A stretch of 64,000 nt of DNA, taken from positions 24,428,001 through 24,492,000 of the forward strand of contig OX597829.1 of NCBI GenBank assembly GCA_951406725.2, in the 5' to 3' direction. Below, in pieces: positions 24,042-38,097 of this stretch. This DNA is from Octopus vulgaris (taxonomy: Eukaryota). The notes under the pieces are model-generated. The model was not told the DNA's origin. It did not search any database and was given only the letters and a program-made list of their open reading frames with translations. The translations under genes were made by a program, and so were the position numbers. Numbering within the stretch: position 1 is the stretch's first letter; every line of letters begins with the position of its first letter.

Positions 24042-25352
24042 CTGAAATATTATTTAAAGATTCTTTGTTATCATCTTCAATTATATTTCAAGACTTGAAT
24101 ACATTAAAATTCTATTATAAACAAATTAATAACTGGAAACTAAATAAGCAGAAACCTATTAATACATTTATGATAAAAACAAAAAATTTTTAGTCAAGAT
24201 TATTGATTGGTTAGTTATGATTATCATGGTACATATTCTAGAAAGAAGAAGGGTGAATTATAAGCATACATATCTATAGCTATGGCCAGACCTACATGTG
24301 ATTGTCATCCAGCAAGTAATTTGAACCTTTCCACCTTTGTGGTCAAGTAACTTGTCAGGGACACTTATGCCCTTAACAAAAGGTATCTGCTTAAACAATT
24401 TGTGTTCAAATTTGAGTGGATGAATTTTCTATATGAATAGTTGTGTTGTCAGCAATAGCAGAAATGCATTTCTAAATTATATCCTACCATCTTAAAAAAA
24501 CAATAAAAAACAGAACTGATACATTTGGTAACACAACTGTAGATATTAAAAATGTGGATGGCCACAGCTGGATCAAGACTGAGCTGGAACTGTGCTTGTA
24601 TCGCTAGCCACTACATATTCTTTATCTTCTCTCCTTGTTTCTTTCTGTGCTCCTTTCTGTGGAAGAGCGGAGGCTCGAAACATTAAAAACTTTTTCACTT
24701 CCTGAGCGTTATACTAATACATCTGTTTGTTGTCTACACCACCTGTCTTCATCTTTTGTTTTTTTTTGTGAGTTCTTCCCCTATATATATATAAATATAT
24801 TGCGGAATAGTACACTCTGTGGAGTAGTTGGTGCAAGGAGGCCATCCACCCATAGAAACTAAGCCAAAACAGACTGCTACACAAAGCGAAGAGGCAACTT
24901 CTAGGTGGTCAATCAATCTTATAGAAATAAATGTAAAATCTCACTTGAATTACATGCTTCCATCTTAAAATAGAAGTACACACTGGATTACATAATCTCG
25001 GATACACTATACCCACCAAATAAAGACAAGCTGATCACAAAAGCAATATCTTTGATCATGAGATATGCGTTTGTTGTTGTCTAGCTCTTTAGCATTTAGA
25101 TTATTCTGTCAAATGCAATGCTAATTTATTCACATTGTTTTGAATTAATCATGCATTATCTCATAGCTTCATGATTTCAAATGATGTCATTGTTTACTTT
25201 TAGAATGACATTGTAGGATAGGTGTGAGAGGTTTGATCTGGCTAGTTTGAACTTAAAACGGGTAGAATATTCTGGGTGGATATAGCTGGTTTAAATGCTA
25301 AAGGGTAAACTCAGGTTAGTCTGGATCAAATTAAAAGACCAAATTAACTCAC

Positions 25353-25497
25353 CTGTCCCGTATCGGTGACAGCTAAACAGTGTAAGGCCCCAACAGCAAC
25401 ATGTACAATTTTTTTCCCTTTCAGGCCTTCAACGCATTTAGGCTTTCTAATGTGAGTATCTGTTCCATGACCCAATCGGAAGTAGTCTCCCTTACCC
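25353..25497 (-). CDS. HERC2: HERC2 exon; RLD2 RCC1 repeat
   Basis: tacag|G...CAG|gtgagt. [48 protein letters not shown]. 145 nt, phase 2-0. Confidence 0.95.
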
Positions 25498-26621
25498 CTG
25501 TAAGAAAATACAATTATTACATTAACAAAACTTGTCATCTTGTTGACAAAATCTGTTTACAAAGCAAAAACATGCAACTTGATAAAGACTTATGTATTAG
25601 ATTATATCTGAAAATGATTAAGTTAAATTTACATATGTATTTCTGAGCAGAACGCTCTTTTTCGCAAACTGGTCTGATATTGGATGAGCTGGTGAAATGT
25701 GATCTTTGGATGTTGAGTCTCACAGAGGTGATGACAAGTGGTTGAGACCTTTGGCAAGCCAAGTGATATCATAGTTGTGGTCAGTGCTGGTAATATATAA
25801 AAGGCATCCACTACACTCTTGGAATGGTTGGTATTAGGAAGGGCATCAAGCCATGGAAACCAAGCCAAATCAGACTATCCAACTTACCAAACCTAGTCCA
25901 ACCATCTAACCCATGCCAGCATGGAAAAGGGACACTAGCACCATTCGAATGTGGTCAATGCCAGGGCTGCCTGACTGGCTCCCATGCTGGTGGCACGTAA
26001 AAAGCACCATTCGAGCATGGTCATTGCCAGTACCGCCTCTGATGGCCTCCATATCGGTGGCATGTAAAAAGCACCCATTACACTCTCAGAGTGATTGGCA
26101 TTAGGAAGGACATTCAGCTGTAGAAACCTTGCCCAAACAGACTGGAGTCCGGCACAGCCTCCATACTTAACAGTCCTCAGTCAAACTGTCCAACCCATGC
26201 CAGCATGGAAAACAGATGTTAATCAAAGATGATGATGATGATATATATATATATATGTATATACATATATTTTTAAAACATCATCATCATCATCATCGTT
26301 TAACGTCCGCTTTTCATGCTAGCATGGGTTGGACGGTTCAACTGGGGTCTGGCAAGCCCGAAGGCTGCACCAGGCCAGTCAGATCTGGCAGTGTTTCTAC
26401 AGCTGGATGCCCTTCCTAACACCAACCACTCCGAGAGTGTAGTGGGTGATTTTATGTGCCACCGACACAGGTGCCAGACGAGGCTGGCAGACGGCATATA
26501 TATATATATAAAGTATATTTTGATAAAAGAGTATATCTAAATTTGAATGGGTAAGTTTAGTCAACATGTCAATATACTATCAATATGGTATACACAGATA
26601 AAATGAAACAAATATACTTAC

Positions 26622-26875
26622 CATGTCCAAACTCCACCAGATTTTGTGAGAGCCAGAGAAAATTGAGCTCCACATTCAATTTGACAGACATTGAGATTTG
26701 TTAGGCGATCAATGACATGTGGAACACTGCAGCCTTCACTCCCTCCACGACCTAATTTACCGAAATCTCCATCACCCCAAGAATAAACAAGCCCTTCGTC
26801 AGTCAAGGCAAGTGTCTGGGCATCACGACTTCCACAGGCAACTTGCTTAACCCTTTGGCCTACAAGAGCCATAAC
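26622..26875 (-). CDS. HERC2: HERC2 exon; RLD2 RCC1 repeats
   Basis: tacag|GTT...ACATG|gtaagt. [39 protein letters not shown]...[13 protein letters not shown]. 254 nt, phase 0-2. Confidence 0.96.
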
Positions 26876-28120
26876 CTGTAAACAGAAAGACTATATGAGG
26901 ACATACTCAGAGATTATATTTCAGGAAATAAACAAATATTGGATTCAAGTTTTAGAGCCAGTAATTTCGGGGGAGGAGTAAGTCGATCACATCAACCCCA
27001 GTACTCAACTGGTACTTATTTTATCAATCTTGAAAGGATGAAAGGCAAAGTCAACCTCAGAGACATTTCATCTCAGAGCAGATGAAATGCTGCTGAGTAT
27101 TTTGCCTGTTGTACTAACGATTCTGCTGGCTCACCAACTTAGAAAATAAATAAATATTAGCTATTTAAAAGGTGGGGGAACGAAAAGAAAATGATAAATA
27201 TTTGATAGTTCTGATATTTTAGTTCTGAATTATTAGCAGATATGAGAGATAAAACTAATCATGAAAATCTTGTACTCCTACCATAAATAATTATATCAGC
27301 AATGCTATTTATGCTTTTTTTTTGGTGATGGTGGTGGTGGTGGGGTTCTAATTTTCCTATTATGGTTTGCTGAAAGGAAAGAAAGGTCCCAGCAGTGATC
27401 CTGAAAGGAAGAAAGGCAAAGTCAATCTAAGCAGCATTTGAACTCAGAACATAGACTGCCGGAAGAAATGCTGTTAAGCTATTTGTCTGATGAGTTAATG
27501 ATTCTGACAGCTTACCACATTATTATTCTGACAGCTTACCACATTATTGAGCTGGCAGAACCATTAGCATGATAGGTGAAATGCTTAGTGGTATTTCATC
27601 TGCTGCTATGTTCTGAGTTCAAATTTTGCCAAGGTCGACTTTGCCTTTCATCCTTTCGGGGTTGATAAATTAAATACCAGTGAAACACTGGGATCAATGT
27701 AATTGACTAGTCCCCTCTCACCAAATTTCAGGCCTTGTGCCTATAATAGAAAGGATTATTATCGTCTTTATTATTATTAATGATGATAATAATTATAATA
27801 ATTTCTTTTACAGAGAAAAAGGCTGAAAATTTAGGAGTGATATTGGTCAGCTGTGTCTACATTGGTATTTGATTTGTATGGATTTATTTTATCAACTCTT
27901 GTTTTAATCTTTTAATCTTCACAGGATTGAGCACAAAACATAAAGAGCTGGACCGAATGACACAAAGCATTTAATCCAGTACTCTAACAATTCAATACCA
28001 TAAAAACTTCATTATCACTATTTTGTTCTTACCACCACCAACAACAACAATGATAATACCATTGGCAAAATAGGACTCTTCTAAATATCACAATAATATT
28101 GAATATAAGGAATAATTAAC

Positions 28121-28298
28121 CTGCTTTGGTTTGAGTTGAGTGGTTGTATCTCCATGTCCCAGTCTACCATATTCTCCAAGACCCCAGGTGTAAAGATCTC
28201 CATTGGAAATAATTGCGGCACTGTGGGAACTGCCGCAAGCAATATCTCGTACACGTTTGGACTTCAAAGCCAGCACAAGTCGAAGTCTATTACAGCGG
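28121..28298 (-). CDS. HERC2: HERC2 exon; RLD2 RCC1 repeat
   Basis: ttcag|C...CAG|gttaat. [50 protein letters not shown]. 178 nt, phase 2-0. Confidence 0.93.
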
Positions 28299-30954
28299 CT
28301 GAAAAATATTTAAAAAAAAAAAAAAAAAAAAAAATTTAAAGATGAATTGCTTTTTATTTATTTGAATTCTTTTTTATTAAAAAAACAAAACAAAAACTCT
28401 AAAAACTTAAATGTTATAATTAAAGTTACATTTTCCCCCCAGTTGGAAAAATTGTAGATGTGCCAGTGCTGTGTAGAAAGCACCCAACACACACTGGATA
28501 GTGACTGGTGTTAGGAAAGGCGGCATCCAGCCATAGAAACAAAGTCAAGCTGAAGCCTGATGCAGCTCTTCTGTCTGCCAACTCTGCTCCAACCATCCGT
28601 CTCATGCCAGCATGGAAAATGAACATTAAAGGATTATGATGATGATGATGATGATGTGTGTATGCGTGTGTGTTTGTGTGTACATGCATGTGCATTCTTG
28701 TCAAAATAAGCTAGCAATGCTTTTTTTGTGGAATCACAATAATTCACAGTGGCTGTGGATATAATGAAACAATATAATTTAATATACTAATAATTTATAT
28801 GCTAATATATTCTTCATCATCATCATCACTATCAATTTAACATCTAATGTCCATGCTGGCATGGGTTGGACAGTTTAACCAGGGCTGGTAAGCTGAGGGA
28901 GCTGCACCAGACTCCACTCTAATTTGGTATGGTTTCTTTGACTGGATGCCCTTCCTACAGCCAACCCTTCCAAGAGTGTCATGGGTGCTTTTACATGCCA
29001 CTGGCACAGGTGTTGGTTGCATGACACCAGAATGTAATAATATATAATAATATTATGTACTAATATAATATTATACATTATTTAAACACTGATATAATAT
29101 AATATACTAACACAAACTAATATAATATTATATACTATCGCATATTAAAATGATATAACATGCTATAATAATTAATAATGAAACAGTAATGAAATATATA
29201 ATGTAATGCATAAACCGAATTGTCAAACTAGCTAACATATCATTGTTTTATTTCCACTGATGGACTTAGCCCTTTAGCATTTACATTAGCCATAAATAGC
29301 TCAAATATTCTAGCTGTTTTGTGTTCAAGACCAGCCAGATCTGGCCTCTCACACCTACCCTACAGTGTCATTGTAAAAAATTACAATCATATGATTCAAT
29401 ATCTCAAAGCTATGAGATAATGCGTGATTAATTCAAAACAATGTGAATAAATAAGAATTACATTTGACAGAGGAATCTGAATGCTAATGAGTTAAAACCA
29501 GCATAAATCCAGCTCAAATATCCAACTGTTTTTTTTTTGTTCAAATTAGCCAGATCAAATCTCTCACATCAAACCCTATAATGTCATTCTAAAACTAAAC
29601 AATCATATCATTGAAATCTCAAAGCTACAAGATAAAACAGGATTACTTGAAAACAATGTGAATAAATAAGCATTACATTTGACTAAGTAATCTGACTTGC
29701 TAAAGGGTTGATCCTACTGTAAGGTACCTTGAGCAAATGTCTCTACTATAATCTCAGATTAGCCAATCCCTTGTAAGTGTCATTTGCAGACAGAAACTGT
29801 GAGAATCTGTCAGAATGGCCATTCATATTTTGGGGGTGAAAGCCTTGATGTGTTGCTCAGCTTAGTGCCACCTCATCGCCTTTCATTGATTTTAACCCTT
29901 TAGCATTCAAACCAGTCACATCCAGCCCAAATATTCTACATGCTTCATGTTCAAACTGGCCAGATCCAGCCTCACACACCTACTCTACAATGGCATTCTA
30001 GAAATATACAATCACTTCATCAAAATCTTAAAGCTATAAGATAATGCATGATTAATGCAAAACAATGTGGATAAATAAGCGTCAAATTTGACACAGTAAC
30101 CTGAATGCTAAAGGGTTGATCCTACTGTGTGGCACACTAGGCAAGTAAAAGGGTAAAGGCCCCCTTCGGTCATGAATGACCATGGGATTGCACCTAGAAA
30201 GTTACCCTCCTAGACACAAGTCCGGGCAAGGTTGTTTATGGAAGACCAGCAGTCGCCCATGCATACCAGCCTCCCCTCTCCATGCCACCAGTGTTATCCA
30301 AGGGAAAGGCAAAGGCCAATACAGCTTGGCACCAGTGACGTCGCAACTCATTTCTACAGCTGAGTGAACTGGAGCAATGTGAGATAAAGTGCTTTGCTCA
30401 AGAACACAACACGCAGCCCGGTCCGGGATTCGAGCTCACAACCTCACGATCGTAAGCTCGACGCTCTAACCACTGAGCCATGCGCCTTCACTAGGCAAGT
30501 ATCTTTACTATAACTTCAGGTTAGCAAATCCCTTGTAAGTGGCATTCGTAGACAGAAATTGCGAGAGCCTGTCAGAATAGCCATTCATTTTTTTGGGTGG
30601 CAATCCTTGACTTGTTACTCAGTTCAATGCAACCACAGGCTTTTTTTTTTTTATTTTAACCCTTTAGTATTTAAACCATTCCTGGCTCAAATATTCTATT
30701 TGTTTTAGGTTCAAACTGACCAGATCCTGCCTCTCACACCTCTGAAATGTCATTCTAAAAATAATCACATCATCAAAATCTCAAGGCTATGAGATAATTT
30801 ATGATTAATTCAAAACAGTGTGAATAAATAAGCATACCATTTGACAGAGTAATCAGAATGCTAAAGGGTTAAACTATAATTACAGAACAAAATGTAAAGT
30901 ACCAACATAAAGTACAAAGAATTGTCAAATTCATTAATATACTTAAAAACTTAC

Positions 30955-31045
30955 GATCTATTTCCATGTCCAAGTTTTCCATCATCTCCTTCACCCCAAG
31001 AAAATACTTTACCATCAACAGTTAGAGCTAATGCATGTCGCCCAC
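30955..31045 (-). CDS. HERC2: HERC2 exon; RLD2 RCC1 repeat
   Basis: tcaaag|GT...AGATC|gtaagt. [30 protein letters not shown]. 91 nt, phase 1-2. Confidence 0.94.
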
Positions 31046-31297
31046 CTTTGACAAGAGAAAACAAGAAGAAAATATGATAAAATATTATAAAAATAAAATA
31101 GATAATAAAACGAAAACTAAATGGTGACAAATATAACTGATAAAGAGGAAATGTAAATGCAGTTCGTAATTAAATAATTATTCAAAAAATTACAATTTTT
31201 ATTATCAGTTCTAGGAAAAAACCCCAATATTTCTTTCACATTAAACATAAAATGTATTTTAGAGAGAGAGAGAGAGAGAGTGTGTGTGTATGTGTGT

Positions 31298-31330
<33 letters not shown>

Positions 31331-31510
31331 CAAGAGAGTGCATGTGTGTGCCCATGTATAAATGCTGTGTAAAAGTGTATGTGTTGTTCATATGTCATTG
31401 ATGCTTTCAGTGTAAAAAGAAAGAGACAAAGAAAGAGAAAAGAGAGAAAAAGAAATGTGAAAGAGAGAGAGAGAAATAAAACGTTATAAAAGCTGCAAGC
31501 ATAATAGTAC

Positions 31511-31654
31511 CTGAATGAACAGCAACCTTTTTTATGACATATTGGCTGAGTGCCCCTACAAGAGTTGGGGTAGGAACACTGCCACATGTGACTCCTAATC
31601 CAAGCCGCCCATTGGTAGCTTCACCACACACATAGACCTTTCCTTCTTGGGTAA
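31511..31654 (-). CDS. HERC2: HERC2 exon; RLD2 RCC1 repeat
   Basis: ttcag|TT...TCAG|gtacta. [21 protein letters not shown]...KKVAVHS. 144 nt, phase 1-1. Confidence 0.94.
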
Positions 31655-33118
31655 CTGAAATTGGATTGTAAGAAAATATTTGAAGCAAAAAAAAAAAAGA
31701 AAGAAAAACAAAGATAATAGAAAATTTATTTTAAATCTATAGACTGTTCTCAACCTGCAGCCTCTTTTAATACAGCTGTGAGCAGAATATCGCAAAAATA
31801 TTGAAGTCGAAATCAAATTCGATGATGGCATCTGTGCTAGTGGAGTGCTAAGAGTACCATCTGATCGTGATTGTTGCCAGAGCAGCTAACTGGCTTCCGT
31901 GCCGGTGGCACGTAAAAAGCATCATTCAAGCGTGATCGTTACCTGCGTTGCCTTGCTGGCACCTGTGCTGGTGATACATGAAAAGACATTTGAGCGAAGT
32001 CATTGCCAGTGCCACTGGACTGGCTCATGTGCAGGTGGCACATAAACAGCACCATTTCAGCATGGCCGTTGCCAGTACCACCTGACTGGCCCTCATGTTG
32101 GTGGCACGCAAAAGCACCCACTACACTCTCGGAGTGGTTAGCATTAGGAAGGGCCTCCAGCTGTAGAAACTCTGCCAGATCAGATTGGAGCCTGATGCAG
32201 CCATCTGGTTTGCCAGACCTCAGTCAAATCATCCAACCCATGCTAGCATGGAAAGTGGACATTAAATGATGATGATGATGATACAGTTATACAGTTTCTA
32301 CAAGATAGAAGATGCTGTTGTTGTTGACCAATCAAACAAGCATGAAGATAAACTTTCTGTACAGATGAAATCACTGATAAATTATCCAGCTTGCTAAATT
32401 ATTTTCAACTGAAGGCCTTCATTGATGTTATTATAGTTCTTACAAAAATTGATTTAACTCTGATTCCAGTAGGTCAATGATCAGAGACATTCTTCTCATG
32501 GTCATCTAGTCTGCTTTTCAAACATAGTGTATCTTGGACTACATTATAGGTATCCCTTTCTTATAAGACTGAGGTGGAGAATTGAAGATTTGTCTGCTAT
32601 TTCTAGCATATTCAGTGACCATGTACAAGATCCTTAGTCATAAGAAAAATGCATAATAACTTCTTCAAAATGAAATTGTAGACCAATAATGTACATTATC
32701 ATCATCATCATCATCACCATGATCATTTAATAAGTTGTGTTCTATGATTGTCTAGGTTGGATAATCTGACAGAATCAAACAGGTCCAAAGACTGCAGTGA
32801 TCTCAAATGTTTGCTTTGGCATGGTTTCCATGTCTGAATATCCTTCCTAACAGCAACCACTTTACAGGCTGTACTGGATACTTTCTTCATGACACTGGCA
32901 ATAGTGTGGTCACCATTTAGCTTGCAAAACCAAAACCCCGTCCTGACTGAATGGAGAGGAAAGCAGCATAGTATTTGGTAATGAGGGGGTCAAATTATGG
33001 AAGTAGGAGCCAAAGTAGAACAGATTTCTTGCTGTAGAGGTACTACATAGACTGATTAAGTAGATTAGTAATGGAGACCAGTTGTGTTTAATATTAAGGG
33101 AAAAATCAGACAACTCAC

Positions 33119-33200
33119 CACAAAATAAACTTTTTGATCCACCAGCAATCTGGACACATTTTAAAGCTGACAAAGTTTCATTCAAATACGGCAATTTGAT
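33119..33200 (-). CDS. HERC2: HERC2 exon; RLD2 RCC1 repeat
   Basis: tacag|ATC...TGTG|gtgagt. IKLPYLNETLSALKCVQIAGGSKSLFC. 82 nt, phase 0-1. Confidence 0.93.
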
Positions 33201-33465
33201 CTGTAAAAATAAAAATAAAAACAATTGCGATAACAACCACAGCATATATCACAATAGCATACCGTATCCTACAACCACACCTTATACTATAGTGGACACA
33301 TCATATATTACAAGGTTATGAAAAAAGTAATAATTCTTTTCTTAACGATAACATCATCATCATCCAACCCATGGCATGGGTTGGATGATTTAATTGAAAA
33401 TTGGTAAGTTGGGGAGCTGCATCAGGTTCCAATCTGATTTGGCATGATTTCTTAAGCTGGATACC

Positions 33466-33692
33466 TATTTCTTTACTACCCACAAGGGGCTAAACACAGA
33501 GAGGAGAAACAAGGACAGACAAACGGATTAAGTCGATTACATCGACCCCAGTGCGTAACTGGTACTTAATTTATCGACCCCGAAAGAATGAAAGGCAAAG
33601 TCGACCTCGGCGGAATTTGAACTCAGACGTAGCGGCAGACGAAATACAGTTATGCATTTCGCCCGGCGTGCTAACGTTTCTGCCAGCTCGCC
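33466..33692 (-). mobile_element. Young tRNA-derived SINE with Meta-like central domain
   Basis: GGCGAGCTGGCAGAA...GAGTTCAAATTCC...GCCTTTCATTCTTTCGGGGTCGATAAATTAAGTACCAG, CpG-rich, TSD GCTGGATACC (33456-33465 and 33693-33702). Older copies at about 20350-20570, 27550-27755, 37260-37460, 46760-47175 and 61850-62030. Confidence 0.75.
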
Positions 33693-35248
33693 GCTGGATA
33701 CCATTCCTAACACCAACTACTCCAAGAGTGTAGTGGGTGCTTTTTACATACTACCAGCACAGGTACCAGTTATGTAACACTGGCATCGGCTACGACTACA
33801 ATCTCACTTGGATTGACAGGTCTTCTCAAACATAGTATATTGCCAAAAGTCTCAGTCACTACCTCAGTGAGGCCCAATGTTTGAAGGGTACTTTTTACAT
33901 GCCACTGGCATGGATGCCAGTCACATGACACTGGCATTGGCCATGACTACAAGTTTGCTTGGCTTGTTGGGTCTTCTCAAGCACAGCATACAACTCAAAG
34001 TTTGAAGGGCGCTTTTTACATGTTACTGACATGGGAATAATTTATTCTTTGCAAAGCAAATATAACTGTGTTGTGTTTTCTTTGCATTATTGGTTTTGTG
34101 AAGAAGTCTCTCAGTGTAGAGAGGTAGGGCTCAACCCTGCGAGACTCCCTGATCACTGAACTATTCACCCTGTCGAGTAATGTTACTCCAGAGACTTACA
34201 GAAGGAACCCCTTTTTTGGCAGCTTGTATTTGCGATTGTACCCTTTTGATCACTATCTACTACTCCTCTGCATTGGGAGATCACAGTTTTAGTACTGTGT
34301 ATATGTAACTGTAATGTCACAGGAGAGAATTGTAAGATGGATTTATCAAGCTGAGCCAACTGGTGGGAGTCAAGGCAGTCAACAAAGAATGAGGTGGCTG
34401 AATAATACCAATAGTTTCAGTTGGGAATCTAACCAGAAAGTGTAACGATAGTTACTTCTGATAGGACCCTATGGAGATGGTACTTGTGAAGGAGGTACCT
34501 GAGGACTCTACTCCAACAATTCTTTCAGGAATGGTGGATGGGGAAAATGGATGGATGAAGTCTAATTGTTGAACTGTTAAAGCATTATTTGTGCAAAGTA
34601 CCCAGCTCAGTGCTTTATACTAACACCACCACTCATTTCTGACACGTGTAGAAGGCCACAAACTAGGAATAAGGGTTTAGGCAATTAAATTGACCTAGTA
34701 CTTAAAAGATAATTTGTTTTATTGATCCCACCTACAGAATATAAACAGTCATTACAACATACGGCAAATCGTTTCATCTAATGCTCTGATGAGTGTGTGT
34801 ATATGCATGTATTTGTGTGTAAGCACATATTTGCGTGTATGTGCATGCATGCCCCTGTGTTTGCATGAATGTGCATGAGTATATATTTGTGTGTGGATAT
34901 GTGTTTATTCGTGTGTGTGTGTGTGTGTGTATGAAAGTGTTCAAGTGTACATGTGCATATAAGTGTATGTGTGCACATATTTATGTGTGTGCATGTGCAG
35001 TTATGTGTCCCTGTGAGTGTTTCTGTCTTTACATGAAATCATTGGAGTACTAGTGATAGCAGCAGTAGCAATAACAGTATCAGCAACAACACCTACATGT
35101 GTGAAAGCAAATGCTTCAGAATAAATTTCACAACACACCTGTAAACAAGTGTAAACTCCTGTAAGATGTAACAGACTTCAATAATTCAAACATGAAACTT
35201 TCAATAAGATGTTTTATTTCTTTAAAAAAAAAAAAAATCATCTCTTAC

Positions 35249-35527
35249 CTTTGACCCTTTCGGGCCTCCTAGCTGGTCTTTGTCATTCAAACCCCAAACA
35301 CATACATGTGTTTGAATCTCACTGAAACTTGATGACCTTGCCTTTTTCCGACATCCTTGCAGAGAGCTACTTTGTTCGTCTTCATCATCCGACGCTAAGA
35401 AAGCAAAGTTAGCAGCACTGTCATCCTCATCAACTTTCCTTCGTCCCACAATCGTTAGGCCATGAACTTTGCAATCAATTCCACTACTTCGGCACTGCTT
35501 GATAGCAATTTCTATGAATCTATAATA
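35249..35527 (-). CDS. HERC2: HERC2 exon; DOC end and RLD2 start
   Basis: ttcag|TAT...AAG|gtaaga. YYRFIEIAIKQCRSSGIDCKVHGL...VWGLNDKDQLGGPKGSK. 279 nt, phase 0-0. Confidence 0.95.
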
Positions 35528-37807
35528 CTGAAAATATGAAGTGAGGTGAAAAGAAAAAGTCAATGAGTAGTTTATCCTCCTCAATAACAACAACAGCGAC
35601 AACATTATTGTAAAGTCTACTTTTCCATGCTTGCATGTGTCAGATGGACTTTGCTGTGGCAGATTATCTATGGCTAGATGTCCTTATTGTCACCAACCTT
35701 TGCCTATTTCCAAATCAGATAATATTTCACCATGGTTGAGTATGTTTTTAAGGAAGATTGGAAATTTTATAGGGTTATATGAAAGATTGGAAGATCAGAA
35801 AGACATTGCTTGTCTAACAGTTGTCTACAACTAACATGAGATATCAAGACAAGGAAACACACTCATGTATGTATGCATACACACACGTACACATAGACAC
35901 ATATTTGATGGCCTTGTTTCATTTGTTCCCATCAACCAAATCCATTCACAAGGCTTTAGTTGTTTCAGGAATATAGTTGAAGACACTTGGTACCATGCAG
36001 AGGGAATGAACATGAAACCCTGTTGTTGGGAAGCAAAGTTCTTAACCACACAGCTGTGCCTGGCTGTAAAAATTGAAGTTGTTTCAATCCAGATTTCAAT
36101 TCTCTGAACAAGAACAGTTATCTCTAAGACAACAATGTTTTATCTTTGGAGAAGATTGTTCTTTGTTTTATCTGATCTACTGAAAAACTCCAGAAATCAA
36201 AGACAGGCTCTGTGGAACATTGAGATCCAGCAAACAATGGAACCTGTTACCACTAACTGTAATGTGGAGGTGCACGGCTTAGTGCTTTGGGTGTTGCAAT
36301 CATGATTATAAGATTGTGGTTTCGGTTCTTGGACTGGGTGATGTGTTGTATTCTTTAGCAAAACACTTCATTTCACGTTACTCCAGTCCACTCAACTGGC
36401 AAAAGTGAGTAATCCTGTGATGGACTGGTGCTCCAGCCAGTGGGGAATATATATGCAGCACAGAAACTCTGAAGTTGGTCTTTTGAACTTATGACTCAGG
36501 AAAGATTTTGATGCTTTTTTTTTTTTCAACTAACTGAAATAGATACATTAATGACTTAAAATTTCACTGCTTTTAAATTTTAACTAATTGGAAGAAGTTA
36601 GAGCAAATAAATTTTTTTTTAAACTATTGATTTTTGAAATCAGCTGAACGTGGCTGATGCCAGCACCACCTGACTGGTGTCCATGTCAGTGACACATAAA
36701 AAGCACCAACTGATCATGGCTGTTTGCCAGTCTCCTCAGGCCCCTGTGCCAGAGGCACATAAAAAACACTCACTACACTCATGGAGTGGTTGGCGTTAGG
36801 AAGGGCATCCAGCTGCAGAAACATTGCCAAATCAGACTGGAGCCTGGCACGGCCTCCTGGCTTCCCAGAGACCGGTTGAACCGTCCAACCCATGCCCAGC
36901 ATGGAAAAACGGACGTTAAACGATGATGATGATGATTTTGTTTGTTTCCAGAAAATGCACACGCATACAAACACCTATCGACACACACACATTTGTATAC
37001 ATGCATGAATACACACATGTAGTTTATATGATGCAGTTGCGCAGTTTTTTGTCTCTTACAGGGTTATGGATATCTCCTGACTAAAGCACAAAACATTTGC
37101 CAAAGATGTTGTGCAACACAGTCAGAAGAGAGGCAACACGGTTGGGAAATGAACTTATATTAACTATACAGACAAGCTTGCACCCATGTACATATATATG
37201 TGTGGATATATTCACAGACAAATATTTATAATATATACATACATAAAGATAAATCCTATAGGCACAAGGCCTGAAATTTCGAGGCAGGGCGTTAGTTGAT
37301 TACATCGACCCTAGTGCTCAACTGATATTTATTTTCTCAATTGCAAAAGGATGAAAGGCAAAATTGACCTCAGCAGAATTATAACTCAGAATATGAAGTG
37401 AGAAGAAATACTGCAAAGCATTTGTCTGGCACACTAACAATTCTACCAGGGCATTGCCTTACTGTATATAACTCTTCATCATCATCATCATCATCATTTA
37501 ATGTCTGCCTTCCATGCTGGCATGGGTTGGACAGTTTGATAAGAGCCAACCAGATAGAGGACAGCACCAAACTTCTGTGTCTGTTTTGGCTTGGTTTTTA
37601 TGGCTGAATGTCCTTCCTAACACCAATCACTCCATAGATTGGACTGAGTGCTTTTTATGAGGCATGAGCACAAGTGAGGTCAGTTTTGGCATGGTTCTTA
37701 AATACGAATTAGTTGCAGAGTAGCAACAAAAATATATTTGAAAGAGAGAGAGGGAGAGAGAGAAATGGTAGCATTTTTGTGTGTTTGCTTGTATCATAGA
37801 AAATTAA

Positions 37808-38028
37808 CCCTTTCGTTACTGTATTTATTTTGAGATGCTCTGTGTTTCTTTCAATTAATTTTGAATGTAACAAAGAATTTAGTAAAATGACTTGGTTATC
37901 ATTAAGCTAGTGTTAGGAACATAAATTGTGACTAAGGTTTGGTGGAAGATTTCAATTCAAAACTTATGAAATCAAGACATTTGTACTCAGAGCCAGAGCC
38001 GCTTTCAGCCGGGTTGGTAACGAAAGGG
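37808..38028. mobile_element. piggyBac MITE sharing TIRs with the 4632-5707 element
   Basis: TTAA|CCCTTTCGTTAC...GTAACGAAAGGG|TTAA, 221 bp. Confidence 0.82.
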
Positions 38029-38097
38029 TTAAAGCTATTGAACTGGGTTCAATAAAGGGTTAAAGCAATTATTAAGTGTGTATGAAAAACCACATAC

